Below are positions 39,398-48,988 of a stretch of 64,000 nt of DNA, piece after piece (within the stretch, counting starts at the first letter, position 1; every line of letters begins with the position of its first letter). Origin of the DNA: a bacterium. Lineage in GTDB: Bacteria > Patescibacteriota > Minisyncoccia > UBA6257 > JAUSGH01. The notes beneath the pieces were generated by a model. That model did no database searches and was not told the origin of the DNA. It saw nothing but the letters and a program-made list of their open reading frames with translations. A program made the position numbers and the translations under genes. Location of the stretch: NCBI GenBank assembly GCA_030649055.1, contig JAUSGH010000002.1, forward strand, positions 5,357 through 69,356, given 5' to 3'.

Positions 39398-39425
39398 GTA
39401 GTTCCTGAGTTTATCGAAGGACTAC
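39398..39425. repeat. RPE-like palindromic element, single arm
   Basis: GTAGTTCCTGAGTTTATCGAAGGACTAC. Confidence 0.65.
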
Positions 39426-39517
39426 ATTAGAATACTTTTTTTAGCATAACAAAATAAAAAATAAAATGAAAACACCGATCGCCCTAAGGCGATCGGTGTT
39501 GAACTTTTGAGATACGC

Positions 39518-39925
39518 TTACGCGAGAATCCGCAGAACACGCTCGGCGCCGCGTGCGGTGCGCAGCAATTCCATCGGACGCCGCCTACCGAAGTGCCGCG
39601 AACGGTCATTGAAAAAGAAGTAGCACATGCCACCCTCCTTGGTGCGGGAAGCCGCATCCAGGCACTCACGCAAGCGCTGCAGCAGAACCTGTGTCTGTCG
39701 GTCGGGAATCTGACACCCCGTGCGCCAGCGATCCACCTCCAGCCCGAACGTCACGATGCAGGTGCGATTGCTCGGCCGGAGCAGATACGCAAGTCCGTTG
39801 GGGCTAAGCAACAGCCGCCTTGAGGGTGAGAGGTCTCGCATGAGCTGCCGGACGAACGCGCTCCAGAGCGCGGCCTGCCGACGGAAAGTCTCCCGCTCCA
39901 CCGTTTTCCGTGCCCATGTCGTCAT
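39518..39925 (-). CDS. hypothetical protein (GC-rich islet)
   Basis: 135-aa ORF flanked by oppositely oriented palindromic-element arms at 39398-39425 and 40034-40057. Confidence 0.35.
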   Translation of the reverse strand: MTTWARKTVERETFRRQAALWSAFVRQLMRDLSPSRRLLLSPNGLAYLLRPSNRTCIVTFGLEVDRWRTGCQIPDRQTQVLLQRLRECLDAASRTKEGGMCYFFFNDRSRHFGRRRPMELLRTARGAERVLRILA

Positions 39926-40033
39926 TGCGCGTCTCCCTTTCTACAACGAGAATTCCTCATACCTACACTGCCCACACTATAGCAATACCGCAGGCAAAAA
40001 TCAATGAGATAAGAGGCGCAAACAAATACATAA

Positions 40034-40057
40034 CCCTTCGACAAGCTCAGGGAATAA
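40034..40057. repeat. RPE-like palindromic element, single arm (opposite orientation)
   Basis: CCCTTCGACAAGCTCAGGGAATAA. Confidence 0.65.
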
Positions 40058-40105
40058 AACGCAAAGGTTGAAAGATATAAATATAAAACTAAAGACAAAG
40101 AAGAA

Positions 40106-40213
40106 CGGCTCGCTTTCGAAATGAAATGAGTGCTAGAAGCCACGACAAAGCTGTACCCACAGGGGTACTGCGAGGAGGGGCGACAACGCAATCGCTCATT
40201 TCGAAAGCGAGCC
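40106..40213 (-). terminator. large stem-loop immediately 3' of secY (19-bp stem, ~70-nt loop with inner hairpin), followed by a U-rich tract on the minus strand
   Basis: CGGCTCGCTTTCGAAATGA...TCATTTCGAAAGCGAGCC, with the inner hairpin GTACCCACAGGGGTAC. Confidence 0.45.
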
Positions 40214-40218
40214 CCAAA

Positions 40219-41493
40219 CTACTCCATCCCTTCGTACTCACGCATCGTAAGCTGCGCCTCCAACTGCTGCATCGTCTCCAGCGCCACAGAAACAACGATT
40301 AAGAGTGCCGTGCCTCCGATGGTCAAGGTCGCGATGCCAGTGATGCTTTGCGTGATAATCGGCAAAACCGCAATCAATCCCAAAAACATTGCGCCAAACA
40401 ACGTCACGCGGTTCACGAGCTTGCTCAAGAAATCGCCGGATGGCTCCCCCGGCCGGATGCCCGGAATAAATCCCCCGCTCCGCTGCAAATTTTTCGCGAT
40501 TTCTTTCGGATCAAACGTGACCGCGGTGTAAAAGTACGTAAACACGACGACCAACACAAAATAGGAAATGCCGTAAATGAGCTGGTTATTCAGCAATCCG
40601 GCCACAAGGTCGTTCAAACGCACCGAAAGATCGGTTGAGACCACGGAAACGATCTGCGCCAAAAATTGCGGAAAAAGCAAAATGGAGATCGCGAAGATAA
40701 TCGGAATAACACCCGCCTGATTGACGCGCAACGGCAAATAACTCATAGATCCGCCGTACACCTTATTGCCGCGAACCCGCTTGGAATATGCTACGGGAAC
40801 TTTACGCTCTCCCTGATTCACAAACACAACACCGGCGATGACAATAATACTCATCACGACAAATGCGATATAAGTCGGAAGCATCGCGACGTCATAAGAC
40901 AACACCGCTGTCCGGACAGCTTGCGGCAGGGCGCTGACAATACCCGCGAAAATGATAAGCGAAGTACCGTTGCCTATTTTTTTCTCCGTAATCAACTCGC
41001 CGATCCAGACAAGAATCATCGTGCCCGTCATGATGATGATGACGTTGCGCATGATTTCAAAAACATCCAACGCCGGAAGTACGCCCTGACTGCGCAGCAA
41101 ATTCAGAAACCCATACGCCTGGAGTCCGGCAAGCGGCACCGTAATGTAACGGGAAATACGGTTGAACTTCGCCCGACCCTGTGCCCCTTCTTCGTAATAG
41201 ATCACTTTCAAGTTCGGGAAAATCATGGTCAAAAGCTGCATGATGATAGTCGCCGTGATATACGGGCCAACGCCAAGCATCATGATAGAAAGATTGGAAA
41301 GCGTGCCACCGGAGAATACGTTCAAAAAGCCCAACAACTGATTGGAACCCAAAAACTCCCGGAGACGCACCGCGTCAATGCCCGGAATCGGAATGGCGGC
41401 AAAAATACGAAACACCACGAGCAAAAACGCGATGCTTAAAATCTTGTTTCGGATATCGGGAATTTTTAACGCCGCTGCGAGTTTTGCAAACAT
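40219..41493 (-). CDS. secY: preprotein translocase subunit SecY
   Basis: 424 aa with 10 TM helices and conserved SecY segments (GIMPFI-like GIDAV, the LxGGTxxNLS plug region, GGFIPGIRPG). Confidence 0.95.
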   Translation of the reverse strand: MFAKLAAALKIPDIRNKILSIAFLLVVFRIFAAIPIPGIDAVRLREFLGSNQLLGFLNVFSGGTLSNLSIMMLGVGPYITATIIMQLLTMIFPNLKVIYYEEGAQGRAKFNRISRYITVPLAGLQAYGFLNLLRSQGVLPALDVFEIMRNVIIIMTGTMILVWIGELITEKKIGNGTSLIIFAGIVSALPQAVRTAVLSYDVAMLPTYIAFVVMSIIVIAGVVFVNQGERKVPVAYSKRVRGNKVYGGSMSYLPLRVNQAGVIPIIFAISILLFPQFLAQIVSVVSTDLSVRLNDLVAGLLNNQLIYGISYFVLVVVFTYFYTAVTFDPKEIAKNLQRSGGFIPGIRPGEPSGDFLSKLVNRVTLFGAMFLGLIAVLPIITQSITGIATLTIGGTALLIVVSVALETMQQLEAQLTMREYEGME

Positions 41494-41499
41494 AGTATG

Positions 41500-41547
41500 A
41501 TTTGAAACTATCCGCGTTTTTCCGCGTTACTATCCGCGTCCGTCCGC
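41500..41547. repeat. ATCCGCG-type repeat (family E) abutting the secY start codon
   Basis: CTATCCGCGTTTTTCCGCGTTACTATCCGCGTCCGTCCGCTTCTATGC. Related copies at 47093-47140, 53192-53292 and 60893-60940. Confidence 0.6.
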
Positions 41548-41549
41548 TT

Positions 41550-41972
41550 CTATGCAACCACTTTACCACCCGCCGCTTCAATCTTTTTCTTCGCGCTCAA
41601 AGATACCGGAAGTTTTTCAACCGTCAACGCTTTTGCAAGAGTCCCCTCGCCCAAAATTTTGACCGGCGCTCCGGCGTCACGAATAAGTCCCGCCGCAACC
41701 AACGTGTCACGCGTGACCACAGCGCCCGCAACAGCATCAAGATCCTTGACATTCACCACCTGCATCGCCAATTTGTGCGGCTTATGATTATAACCGCGCA
41801 GCTTCGGCAAACGCATAATCAAATCACGTTCAGCCGGACGCATTCGGTGACCGGAACGGGATTTCTGACCCTTTTGTCCGCGACCGGATGTGTTTCCCCG
41901 CTTGCCGCCACGTCCGATGGTCGGTTTTGCGCGCTTTTGCGCAGTTTTTCTTTTTAGTTCATGCAATAACAT
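41550..41972 (-). CDS. rplO: 50S ribosomal protein L15
   Basis: GRGGKRGNTSGRGQKGQKSRSG motif. 140 aa. Confidence 0.9.
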   Translation of the reverse strand: MLLHELKRKTAQKRAKPTIGRGGKRGNTSGRGQKGQKSRSGHRMRPAERDLIMRLPKLRGYNHKPHKLAMQVVNVKDLDAVAGAVVTRDTLVAAGLIRDAGAPVKILGEGTLAKALTVEKLPVSLSAKKKIEAAGGKVVA

Positions 41973-41979
41973 GTGAGTG

Positions 41980-42624
41980 CTATTTTATTTTACTCTTTCT
42001 CAATTGCTTTAACGCTTCCATGGTCGCCAAGGCATTCGTCAGCTTGTTCGGCGTGCGTCCTAATGTTTTTGCCACAACGTCGCGAATCCCAGCGAGCGAG
42101 AGCACGGTACGCGCGGCACCTCCGGCCCGCAATCCATGACCTTCAATAGCCGGCTTCAAACGGATGCGCGCCGCGGAAAACTTCGCTTCTACTTCGTGCG
42201 GAATAGTACGCCCTTTAAGCGGAATAAGAAAAACGTTTTTACGCGCCGCTGTTTTCGCTTTATCAATCGCACCGGCGACGTCCAGTCCTTTCGCAATACC
42301 GACACCGACTCTTCCCTTAGCGTCACCGACAACCATCGTAACACGGAACCGCATACGCTTACCACCGGCAACCACGCGCGTAACGCGACGAATATCAAGC
42401 GTTTTTTCTTGAAATTCATCCATCTTTTTATCCGGAAAAGGCATCCGGCGACGTTGTCCACCGAAACGATGCCCACCTCCTTGCGCTCCAAAACCACGGT
42501 CCCCCTGCGGACGCGCCGATGGAGCTCCGGATCCCGGAAACACCGGAGCTGAAACTTTTGCCGCCGGGGCTTTTGCCACGGACGCGCTTGCGGTATTCGG
42601 TTGTGCTGGTTTTTGTTCGTCCAT
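41980..42624 (-). CDS. rpsE: 30S ribosomal protein S5 (with Gly/Arg-rich N-terminal extension)
   Basis: RVTRVVAGGKRMRFRVTMVVGDAKGRVGVGIAKG S5 dsRBD and C-terminal domain. No L30 gene between rpsE and rplO. Confidence 0.9.
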   Translation of the reverse strand: MDEQKPAQPNTASASVAKAPAAKVSAPVFPGSGAPSARPQGDRGFGAQGGGHRFGGQRRRMPFPDKKMDEFQEKTLDIRRVTRVVAGGKRMRFRVTMVVGDAKGRVGVGIAKGLDVAGAIDKAKTAARKNVFLIPLKGRTIPHEVEAKFSAARIRLKPAIEGHGLRAGGAARTVLSLAGIRDVVAKTLGRTPNKLTNALATMEALKQLRKSKIK

Positions 42625-42662
42625 AACTTTAAACTTGAAGCTTTAAATCTTTAAACCGGCAG

Positions 42663-43025
42663 TTAGAGCGCCAGCCCTCCTTCACGCGCGCCCTCAGCAA
42701 CCGCCTTCACGCGCCCATGATATTTATATTGGCCTTTGTTGAAAATCGCGGAAGCGATGCCGGCTTTCTTCGCCGCCGCGGCAATAATGCCGCCCAACTC
42801 CTTCGCGGCCGCTAATTTTTGCAGTTTTGCTTTCCCTTTATGCAACGCGCGCGTAGATGCCGAAGCAATCGTAAGGCCTTTTTCATCGTTAATCAACTGC
42901 ACGGAAGTATAATGATTGCTCCGAAAAACCGAAAGCCGCGGCGTTGAAGCGGATCCGAAAATCTTCGCCCGGTTTCGCGCTTTGCGCAATTGCTTATTCA
43001 GATTTTTTCGTTTGGTCAATCGCAT
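42663..43025 (-). CDS. rplR: 50S ribosomal protein L18
   Basis: RLSVFRSNHYTSVQLIND and C-terminal FNKGQYKYHGRVKAVAEGAREGGL. Confidence 0.9.
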   Translation of the reverse strand: MRLTKRKNLNKQLRKARNRAKIFGSASTPRLSVFRSNHYTSVQLINDEKGLTIASASTRALHKGKAKLQKLAAAKELGGIIAAAAKKAGIASAIFNKGQYKYHGRVKAVAEGAREGGLAL

Positions 43026-43031
43026 ATAGGT

Positions 43032-43589
43032 TTATTTCGCCGCCGTAGCTCCCGCGCCCGCTACTTTCTTGCCCGATTTACGCCGGACAACTTCACCCTG
43101 ATAATGAATACCTTTACCCTGATACGGCTCCGGCTTCTTGATCTTCCGTATCTTCGCGGCCGCTTCTCCCACAAATTCGCGGTTCACCCCGGACACCTTG
43201 ATGACTCCCTTTTCAACCACAACCGTGACTCCTTCCGGAGGCGTAAATTTTACCGGATGCGTAAAGCCGACATTCAGCACCAATGTTTTCCCTTCCATAG
43301 CGGCTTTAAAACCAATACCTTCAATTTCCAATGCTTTTGAAAATCCCTGACTCACACCCTGGACGGCGTTCGCGGCAAGCGCCCGCATGGTTCCCCAGTT
43401 CGCCCTCGCCTGTACTTTATCACTCGCGGCCGTAAAAACCAAATTACCGTCTTTTTGTTCAACGGAAATATAATCCAAAATTGGGAGCGTCACCGCGCCG
43501 AGCTTGCCTTGCACGGAAAGTGTTTTTCCATCCACGGTTACCGTGACGCCTTCAATAATTTTTACCGGTTGTTTTCCAATTTTAGACAT
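43032..43589 (-). CDS. rplF: 50S ribosomal protein L6
   Basis: MSKIGKQPVKI...VTV, two-domain L6 pattern, and KGIHYQGE near the C-terminus. Confidence 0.9.
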   Translation of the reverse strand: MSKIGKQPVKIIEGVTVTVDGKTLSVQGKLGAVTLPILDYISVEQKDGNLVFTAASDKVQARANWGTMRALAANAVQGVSQGFSKALEIEGIGFKAAMEGKTLVLNVGFTHPVKFTPPEGVTVVVEKGVIKVSGVNREFVGEAAAKIRKIKKPEPYQGKGIHYQGEVVRRKSGKKVAGAGATAAK

Positions 43590-43635
43590 ATCTTTCTGCT
43601 GTTTAAATCTTTAAATATTGAAATAGTTTTTGAAA

Positions 43636-44016
43636 TTACCAAATTTCAAAAAGCAGTATCCCTCCAACCTTCGCTTTCCGAGCTTCAGTGGCAGTCAAGA
43701 TACCTTTCGGAGTAGAGAGCGCAAGCAAACCAAATCCTTGATGCGCGGCGGGGAGCTTTTTATAACTCACCGAGACTCTGCGCGATGGCTTTGCGTACAA
43801 TTTCACTCCGTGGATAACTCCGCCGTCAGCGTCATAACGAAGCTTCGCCTCAATGATACGCTTCGGCATTCTCCCCTTCTTTTCCGCGGACTCAAGATAT
43901 TTATGCTTCGCCAAAAGCTCCGCGACAGCAAAATCCATGCGCGAAAACGGCGCCTTGACACTTGCTAAGCGCGCTTGCTGTCCATTTTTAATTCTTGTAA
44001 GAAGGTCTGCTAACAT
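43636..44016 (-). CDS. rpsH: 30S ribosomal protein S8
   Basis: MLADLLTRIKNGQQAR N-terminus and C-terminal GGILLFEIW. Confidence 0.9.
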   Translation of the reverse strand: MLADLLTRIKNGQQARLASVKAPFSRMDFAVAELLAKHKYLESAEKKGRMPKRIIEAKLRYDADGGVIHGVKLYAKPSRRVSVSYKKLPAAHQGFGLLALSTPKGILTATEARKAKVGGILLFEIW

Positions 44017-44056
44017 AATGGGTATATTTAAACGTTTAAATATTTAAATATTTTTG

Positions 44057-44242
44057 TTACCAACTCGCTTTTTTCACTCCGGGAATTTGTCCTTTCCCTG
44101 CCATTTCTCGGAAACAAATGCGGCAAAGACCGAACGCTCTCATATAACCGCGTTTGCGCCCGCAGCGGAAACAACGGCGCACCTTTCGACTGGAAAATTT
44201 CGGTTTTTTATTCGCTCGCGCGATAACAGAAGTCTTTGCCAT
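44057..44242 (-). CDS. rpsN: 30S ribosomal protein S14 (zinc-binding type Z, 61 aa)
   Basis: [48 protein letters not shown] with Cys4. The ORF track begins upstream at 44347; the internal ATG is taken. Confidence 0.85.
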   Translation of the reverse strand: MAKTSVIARANKKPKFSSRKVRRCFRCGRKRGYMRAFGLCRICFREMAGKGQIPGVKKASW

Positions 44243-44255
44243 TTGCTTTTTGTTT

Positions 44256-44792
44256 TTATGCTTTCTTGCTTTCTTGCTTTTTGAACGGAACGCCGATTTC
44301 ACGATAAATCTCGAGCGCTGATTCACGCACACGCCGCCGTGGAACAACGGTGACCTCCATGCCGAAATTTACCTTCACAGTTTCCATATTGACTTCTGGA
44401 AATACTATATGCTCTTTGATGCCGATGGTCAAATTGCCATGCTCATCAACGGCGGTATTGCTGATCCCACGGAAATCACGCACGCGAGGAAGAACGGTGT
44501 AAAGCACTTTCGCGAGGAAATCACGCATCCTCCGGCGCCGCAACGTGGCCTTAAGACCAATCGTCGTTCCCTCACGAATTTTAAAACCCGCGATAGATTT
44601 CTTTGCGGGGGCAAACATCGGTTTTTGTCCCGTGATAGCCGAAAATTCCGCGACAACTTCCGGCAACACCTTATCCGCAAAATTCGCGGACTGCGAGAGC
44701 CGTCCGATTCCGGAATTCACGACAACTTTTTCAATTTTTGAGAAAGGATCGTTCTTCATATATATTAGATTACCCCTCCGCACTTTTTGCAA
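44256..44792 (-). CDS. rplE: 50S ribosomal protein L5
   Basis: L5 pattern ...VNSGIG...FKIREG...GMEVTVV. The start may be the internal ATG at 44759. Confidence 0.9.
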   Translation of the reverse strand: MQKVRRGNLIYMKNDPFSKIEKVVVNSGIGRLSQSANFADKVLPEVVAEFSAITGQKPMFAPAKKSIAGFKIREGTTIGLKATLRRRRMRDFLAKVLYTVLPRVRDFRGISNTAVDEHGNLTIGIKEHIVFPEVNMETVKVNFGMEVTVVPRRRVRESALEIYREIGVPFKKQESKKA

Positions 44793-45067
44793 ATACGCAC
44801 TTTTTTATCGCCCTCAAACCGTGCACCGGGGCGCGTCACCTTGTCACAATTCGGACAAACGATCGCAACATTGGAAATTTGGATCGGCCGCGGAACGGAA
44901 ACAACCTCTCCCTTCTCGCCCTGCTTTTTGGCGCGTTGATGACGTTTCTGCGTGACGCCCTCAACCAACACAGTATGCGATTGCGTGTTTATGTGCAAAA
45001 GCTTTCCGGTCTTTCCCCGGTCTTTACCCACCATCACTTTTACATTGTCATTTTTCTTGAGCTTCAT
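44765..45067 (-). CDS. rplX: 50S ribosomal protein L24 with C-terminal zinc-ribbon extension
   Basis: MKLKKNDNVKVMVGKDRGKTGKL KOW motif and a C-terminal CPNC...CKKCGG. Start at the ATG at 45067; the ORF track extends to 45184. Confidence 0.85.
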   Translation of the reverse strand: MKLKKNDNVKVMVGKDRGKTGKLLHINTQSHTVLVEGVTQKRHQRAKKQGEKGEVVSVPRPIQISNVAIVCPNCDKVTRPGARFEGDKKVRICKKCGGVI

Positions 45068-45074
45068 ATTGAAA

Positions 45075-45443
45075 TTACAAAATTTCTTCCGCCAAAGGAA
45101 TAATGCCGTCATATCCGCGCTCTTTGACCTCGCGGGCGATAGGACCGAAAAGACGCGTACCGCGCGGCTGCTTCTTTTCATCAATCAATACCACCGCGTT
45201 ATCATCAAAACGGATATACGAACCGTCCGGTCTGCGCAACGGATTGCGTTGACGCACGATTACCGCCTTCACAATGTCTTTTTTCTTCACGGCTTTGCGC
45301 GGATCGGCAACCTGCACGGAAGCGATAATGATATCGCCCACTGTTGCATAGCGCTTTCGGCTGCCGCCGAGCACGCGGAAACACCGGACGGTACGCGCGC
45401 CGGAGTTATCCGCGACATTTAAAATAGAACGTTCTTGAATCAT
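45075..45443 (-). CDS. rplN: 50S ribosomal protein L14
   Basis: [18 protein letters not shown]-terminus. Start at 45443, a 4-bp overlap with rpsQ. Confidence 0.9.
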   Translation of the reverse strand: MIQERSILNVADNSGARTVRCFRVLGGSRKRYATVGDIIIASVQVADPRKAVKKKDIVKAVIVRQRNPLRRPDGSYIRFDDNAVVLIDEKKQPRGTRLFGPIAREVKERGYDGIIPLAEEIL

Positions 45444-45682
45444 GATTGTTTGCCGGTAACCTTCCACCGTTTATCACGCGACATCGGCCGAGTCTCCTCA
45501 ATAACCACCTTATCACCGGTATGATACGCGCGTTCTTCATCGTGCGCCTTTAAACGGCGCGATACGCGGTATTGTTTCAGATATTTCGAGTTCATTTTCA
45601 TCTCCGACACTTCAACCACGACGGTTTTCTGCATCTTGTCGGAAACGACCACTCCTTTTAATTGACGGTGTTTGATTTCCAT
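45440..45682 (-). CDS. rpsQ: 30S ribosomal protein S17
   Basis: [18 protein letters not shown] and HDEE...GDKV OB-fold pattern. 80 aa. Confidence 0.9.
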   Translation of the reverse strand: MEIKHRQLKGVVVSDKMQKTVVVEVSEMKMNSKYLKQYRVSRRLKAHDEERAYHTGDKVVIEETRPMSRDKRWKVTGKQS

Positions 45683-45691
45683 ACGTATATG

Positions 45692-45892
45692 TTACGCGGT
45701 TACGGAAAGTTTTAAAAATGTTTCAACTCGGGCAATATTCTTTTTTATCTCGCGCACCTCGCGCACATTTTTCACCTTTCCGTTCTCCAAATCATTTTTA
45801 AGCGTCCAAAGACGATCGCGAAATTCAACGAGCAATTTCTCAAGTTCCGGCTTCGGTTTACGCTTCATTTCCTGAATTGCGGTGCGTTTCAT
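45692..45892 (-). CDS. rpmC: 50S ribosomal protein L29
   Basis: 66-aa helical protein in the conserved L16-L29-S17 position, with LxxLxxELxxLRxxLA-like EKLLVEFRDRLWTLK. Confidence 0.8.
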   Translation of the reverse strand: MKRTAIQEMKRKPKPELEKLLVEFRDRLWTLKNDLENGKVKNVREVREIKKNIARVETFLKLSVTA

Positions 45893-45948
45893 AGTATATA
45901 GTGAGCGGGAAAATTATGCAAATGATTATTTATAGTGAGCTGGTCGAA

Positions 45949-46359
45949 CTATTTGATGACAATCCGTGTTTTTACCGCCAATTTAAATCCGGCAAGTCGC
46001 AGCGCCTCGCGCGCAACAGACTCCGGAACGCCGTCCATTTCAAATAACATTCTGCCCGGACGCACCGGAAACACATAGTGGTCAACCGAACCCTTACCGC
46101 CACCCATGGTAACTTCCGGCGGACGCGCGGTCACCGGCTTATCGGGGAAAATGCGGATCCAAATACGGCCTTCGCGCTTAATGAAGTTCGTCATCGTGCG
46201 GCGCGCGGCTTCAATTTGGCGTGAGTCAATCCAGCTGGACTCCAGCGCTTTTAAGCCATAACTTCCGAATGCAAGCGTCAGTCCGCGCGTTTCAACATTG
46301 CGCCCGCGTGAGCGTCCTTTGTTCCACTTGCGATGTTTTACTTTTTTCGGCATTAACAT
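45949..46359 (-). CDS. rplP: 50S ribosomal protein L16
   Basis: [16 protein letters not shown] and [13 protein letters not shown] motifs. Confidence 0.9.
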   Translation of the reverse strand: MLMPKKVKHRKWNKGRSRGRNVETRGLTLAFGSYGLKALESSWIDSRQIEAARRTMTNFIKREGRIWIRIFPDKPVTARPPEVTMGGGKGSVDHYVFPVRPGRMLFEMDGVPESVAREALRLAGFKLAVKTRIVIK

Positions 46360-46374
46360 ATGTGTGTAGCAAAC

Positions 46375-47082
46375 TTATCGCGCCGTCGGCATCTTCTTTG
46401 AATCAACTTTCTCAAACACTTCGCCTTTATAAATCCAAACCTTGATACCCACAGTTCCGTAGCTCGCGAACGCGGTCCCCTCGCCGTAATCAATCCAAGC
46501 GCGCAACGTCTGAAGCGGAATCTTGCCGGTGCCAAGCCACTCACGGCGGGAAATTTCCGCGCCGTCCAAACGGCCCGAAAGTTTGATTTTCGCTCCTTTT
46601 ACGTCGCGGTTCTGCATAACGCTCGCCAAATGCTTTTTGAGCGTACGCCGGAACGGCAACCGCTTTTCAAGATCCCACGCGATGTTTTGCGCGACGTTCA
46701 CCGCCGAAATCTCCGTACGCTTCAGCTCCTCCACGTTCAAGCTGATGGAAACTTTGCGTTTCTCCTCGCCCTTCTTGCGCGCGCGCCACAGCTTTTGTAG
46801 CGTTGCCTCAATAGCGGCGCTCAATAACTCAATACCCTTTCCGCCGCGACCGATAATAAGACCGGGACGCGCGGCTTTGATAAAAATTTTATAGCTGTTC
46901 GCGGTACGTTCAATTTCAACTTTGGAAACGCCGGCCGTGCCAATTTTTTCATCAATAATATGGCGAATGGTTTCGTCTTCCTGCAAAAAATCGCGAAACA
47001 AGCGCTGTTTCGGAAACCAGCGCGCGTTCCAGTCCTCCACAATCCCGAGCCGCAATGAAGTTGGTCTGACTTTTTGTCCCAT
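46375..47082 (-). CDS. rpsC: 30S ribosomal protein S3
   Basis: MGQKVRPTSLRLGI N-terminus, KH domain, and C-terminal GRLDGAEISRREW. Confidence 0.9.
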   Translation of the reverse strand: MGQKVRPTSLRLGIVEDWNARWFPKQRLFRDFLQEDETIRHIIDEKIGTAGVSKVEIERTANSYKIFIKAARPGLIIGRGGKGIELLSAAIEATLQKLWRARKKGEEKRKVSISLNVEELKRTEISAVNVAQNIAWDLEKRLPFRRTLKKHLASVMQNRDVKGAKIKLSGRLDGAEISRREWLGTGKIPLQTLRAWIDYGEGTAFASYGTVGIKVWIYKGEVFEKVDSKKMPTAR

Positions 47083-47092
47083 ATCTTTTGAT

Positions 47093-47140
47093 TATCTGCG
47101 TTCATCCGCGTTGTTATCCGCGTCTTTCCGCTTCTATTCT
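47093..47140. repeat. ATCCGCG-type repeat (family E) abutting the rpsC start codon
   Basis: TCTGCGTTCATCCGCGTTGTTATCCGCGTCTTTCCGCTTCTATTC. Confidence 0.6.
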
Positions 47141-47141
47141 C

Positions 47142-47642
47142 TTATACCGACTTTCTGTTAAAAATCCTCTTTAAAAATCCGGTCTTTTCTTTGCCTGATG
47201 TGCTCGATGTTCCCGCAGTTGTCTTCGGTGTTTTCGGCGCCTTATGCTCACGCGCTTCTTTTTTCGGTTTTTCGGGCTTCGCCATCACGAAGCGCGCGAC
47301 ACGTGTACGCGCGGATTCCGCGAGCGTCAACACCACATGGCTCATTTTTTTCTGCAGCGGCGTTGCCCGTCCCATGGCGCGCGGAAGCGAACGCTTCAGC
47401 ATCGGTCCCTGATCAACAGTAATACTAAACACAATAAGGCGATCCATGTCCATGTTCTTTACTTTCGCATTCGCGCTTGCCGAACGCAGAAGCTTCAGGA
47501 GCGGATGCGCGGCGCGGCGCGCATGGTACAACAACTGCGCCTCGGCTTCGTTCACGGGAAGTCCGCGGATAACATCGGCAACAAGACGCACCTTACGGGG
47601 TGCCATATGCAGATATTGAAGTTTTGCGGTTGCCTGTGTCAT
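47142..47642 (-). CDS. rplV: 50S ribosomal protein L22 (with basic C-terminal extension)
   Basis: APRKVRLVADVIRGLPVNEA...DRLIVFSITVDQGPMLKR. Confidence 0.9.
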   Translation of the reverse strand: MTQATAKLQYLHMAPRKVRLVADVIRGLPVNEAEAQLLYHARRAAHPLLKLLRSASANAKVKNMDMDRLIVFSITVDQGPMLKRSLPRAMGRATPLQKKMSHVVLTLAESARTRVARFVMAKPEKPKKEAREHKAPKTPKTTAGTSSTSGKEKTGFLKRIFNRKSV

Positions 47643-47704
47643 AAACGTTGTATCCTATTCGCGTTATTTTTAGAGCCTTATTCGCGATATTCGTGATTAC
47701 TATA

Positions 47705-48061
47705 CTATTTCTTCGGTACGGCGCTATTTGCGGCTTCGTTTGTTTTTTGCGCCGCGGCTTTTGCCGCTTCCGCCTGCGCGTTTGCCGCTTCAAGCTCGCG
47801 CTGCATCTTACCGCCATGTTTCGTGAATTTCCGAGTTTGAGAAAACTCACCCAACCGATGCCCCACCATTTCTTCCTTAATCGTCACGTTGTTGAATATT
47901 TTTCCGTTGTGAATGCCGATAACAAAGCCTACCATCTCCGGAGAAATTTCCGATGCACGCGCCCATGTTTTTATCGGCGTCAAATCACCAAGCTTCAACT
48001 TGGAAATCTTTTTCAAAAGATGTGGGGCAACGTACGGCCCTTTTTTGCTTGAACGTGACAT
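47705..48061 (-). CDS. rpsS: 30S ribosomal protein S19 (with Ala/Lys-rich C-terminal extension)
   Basis: [19 protein letters not shown]...[17 protein letters not shown]. Confidence 0.9.
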   Translation of the reverse strand: MSRSSKKGPYVAPHLLKKISKLKLGDLTPIKTWARASEISPEMVGFVIGIHNGKIFNNVTIKEEMVGHRLGEFSQTRKFTKHGGKMQRELEAANAQAEAAKAAAQKTNEAANSAVPKK

Positions 48062-48100
48062 ACAATAATCTTTAAATCTTTAAATTTTAAGCATTCCGAT

Positions 48101-48931
48101 TTAGCGCACCTTTGGCCTCCGCTGGGTAATAAACTGCGTGGACCACTTTTTATGCTTACGGGTTTTTCTGCCGCCGGTGACTTTGCCCCAGCGTGTCTTC
48201 GGACGCTTGGTTCCTCTCGGCTGCTTACCTTCACCACCACCATACGGATGGTCCACCGGGTTCATTGCGGATCCTCGCACAGTCGGGCGAATACCCAGCC
48301 AACGCGAACGTCCCGCTTTTCCGATATTAACCAAATTCCACTCCGCGTTGGAAAGCTGACCGACGGAAGCATAGCCGTTCCACGGCACACGACGCGTTTC
48401 TTTTGATGAAAGACGCAAATCCGTATAGCCATCGCTTTGCCCCATGACTTCCGCGTATGTTCCCGCCGAACGCGCAATTTTCCCTCCGTTCCCCGGGCGC
48501 ATCTCCACATTATACACAAACATGCCCGTAGGGAAATGCTTCAACATCAGACGGTTGCCGGTCACGAGCGGCGCAGACTCCGCGACAACAATTTCGTCCC
48601 CTACCTTCATCCCCTGCGGCGCCAAGATATAACGTCGCTCGCCGTCCCGATAAAGCGCAAGCGCGATAAACGCGGTCCGATACGGATCGTATTCAATCGT
48701 TTCAATGCGTGCCGGAATATTCAACTTATCCTGCTTAAAATCCACCATGCGATACGCCTTTTTATTACCGCCACCTTGGTGACGGACGGTAATCCGGCCC
48801 TTATGATTGCGGCCCGCGTGGGACTGCAGGTGGCGCGTCAACGGCTTAAAACGGACATCGGTCGTGACCGTGGAATAGTCAACCGTTGTCATTTGCCGCC
48901 GTGATGGACTTGTAGGATTATAGGATTTCAT
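48101..48931 (-). CDS. rplB: 50S ribosomal protein L2
   Basis: GRNHKGRITVRHQGGGNKKAYR and SAMNPVDHPYGGGEGK motifs. 276 aa. Confidence 0.95.
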   Translation of the reverse strand: MKSYNPTSPSRRQMTTVDYSTVTTDVRFKPLTRHLQSHAGRNHKGRITVRHQGGGNKKAYRMVDFKQDKLNIPARIETIEYDPYRTAFIALALYRDGERRYILAPQGMKVGDEIVVAESAPLVTGNRLMLKHFPTGMFVYNVEMRPGNGGKIARSAGTYAEVMGQSDGYTDLRLSSKETRRVPWNGYASVGQLSNAEWNLVNIGKAGRSRWLGIRPTVRGSAMNPVDHPYGGGEGKQPRGTKRPKTRWGKVTGGRKTRKHKKWSTQFITQRRPKVR

Positions 48932-48988
48932 CTTTTTCTTCTACTCTTTTTCTTATCTCTTACTTCTTACGTCTCATTTCTCTTATTG
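48932..48988. repeat. CTTACTTCTTACGTCT-type pyrimidine-rich repeat (family D) abutting the rplB start
   Basis: TCTTTTTCTTCTACTCTTTTTCTTATCTCTTACTTCTTACGTCTCATTTCTCTTATTGCGG. Copies at 21833-21870, 22528-22565, 52335-52380 (inverted), 57283-57332 and 58268-58307. Confidence 0.6.
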
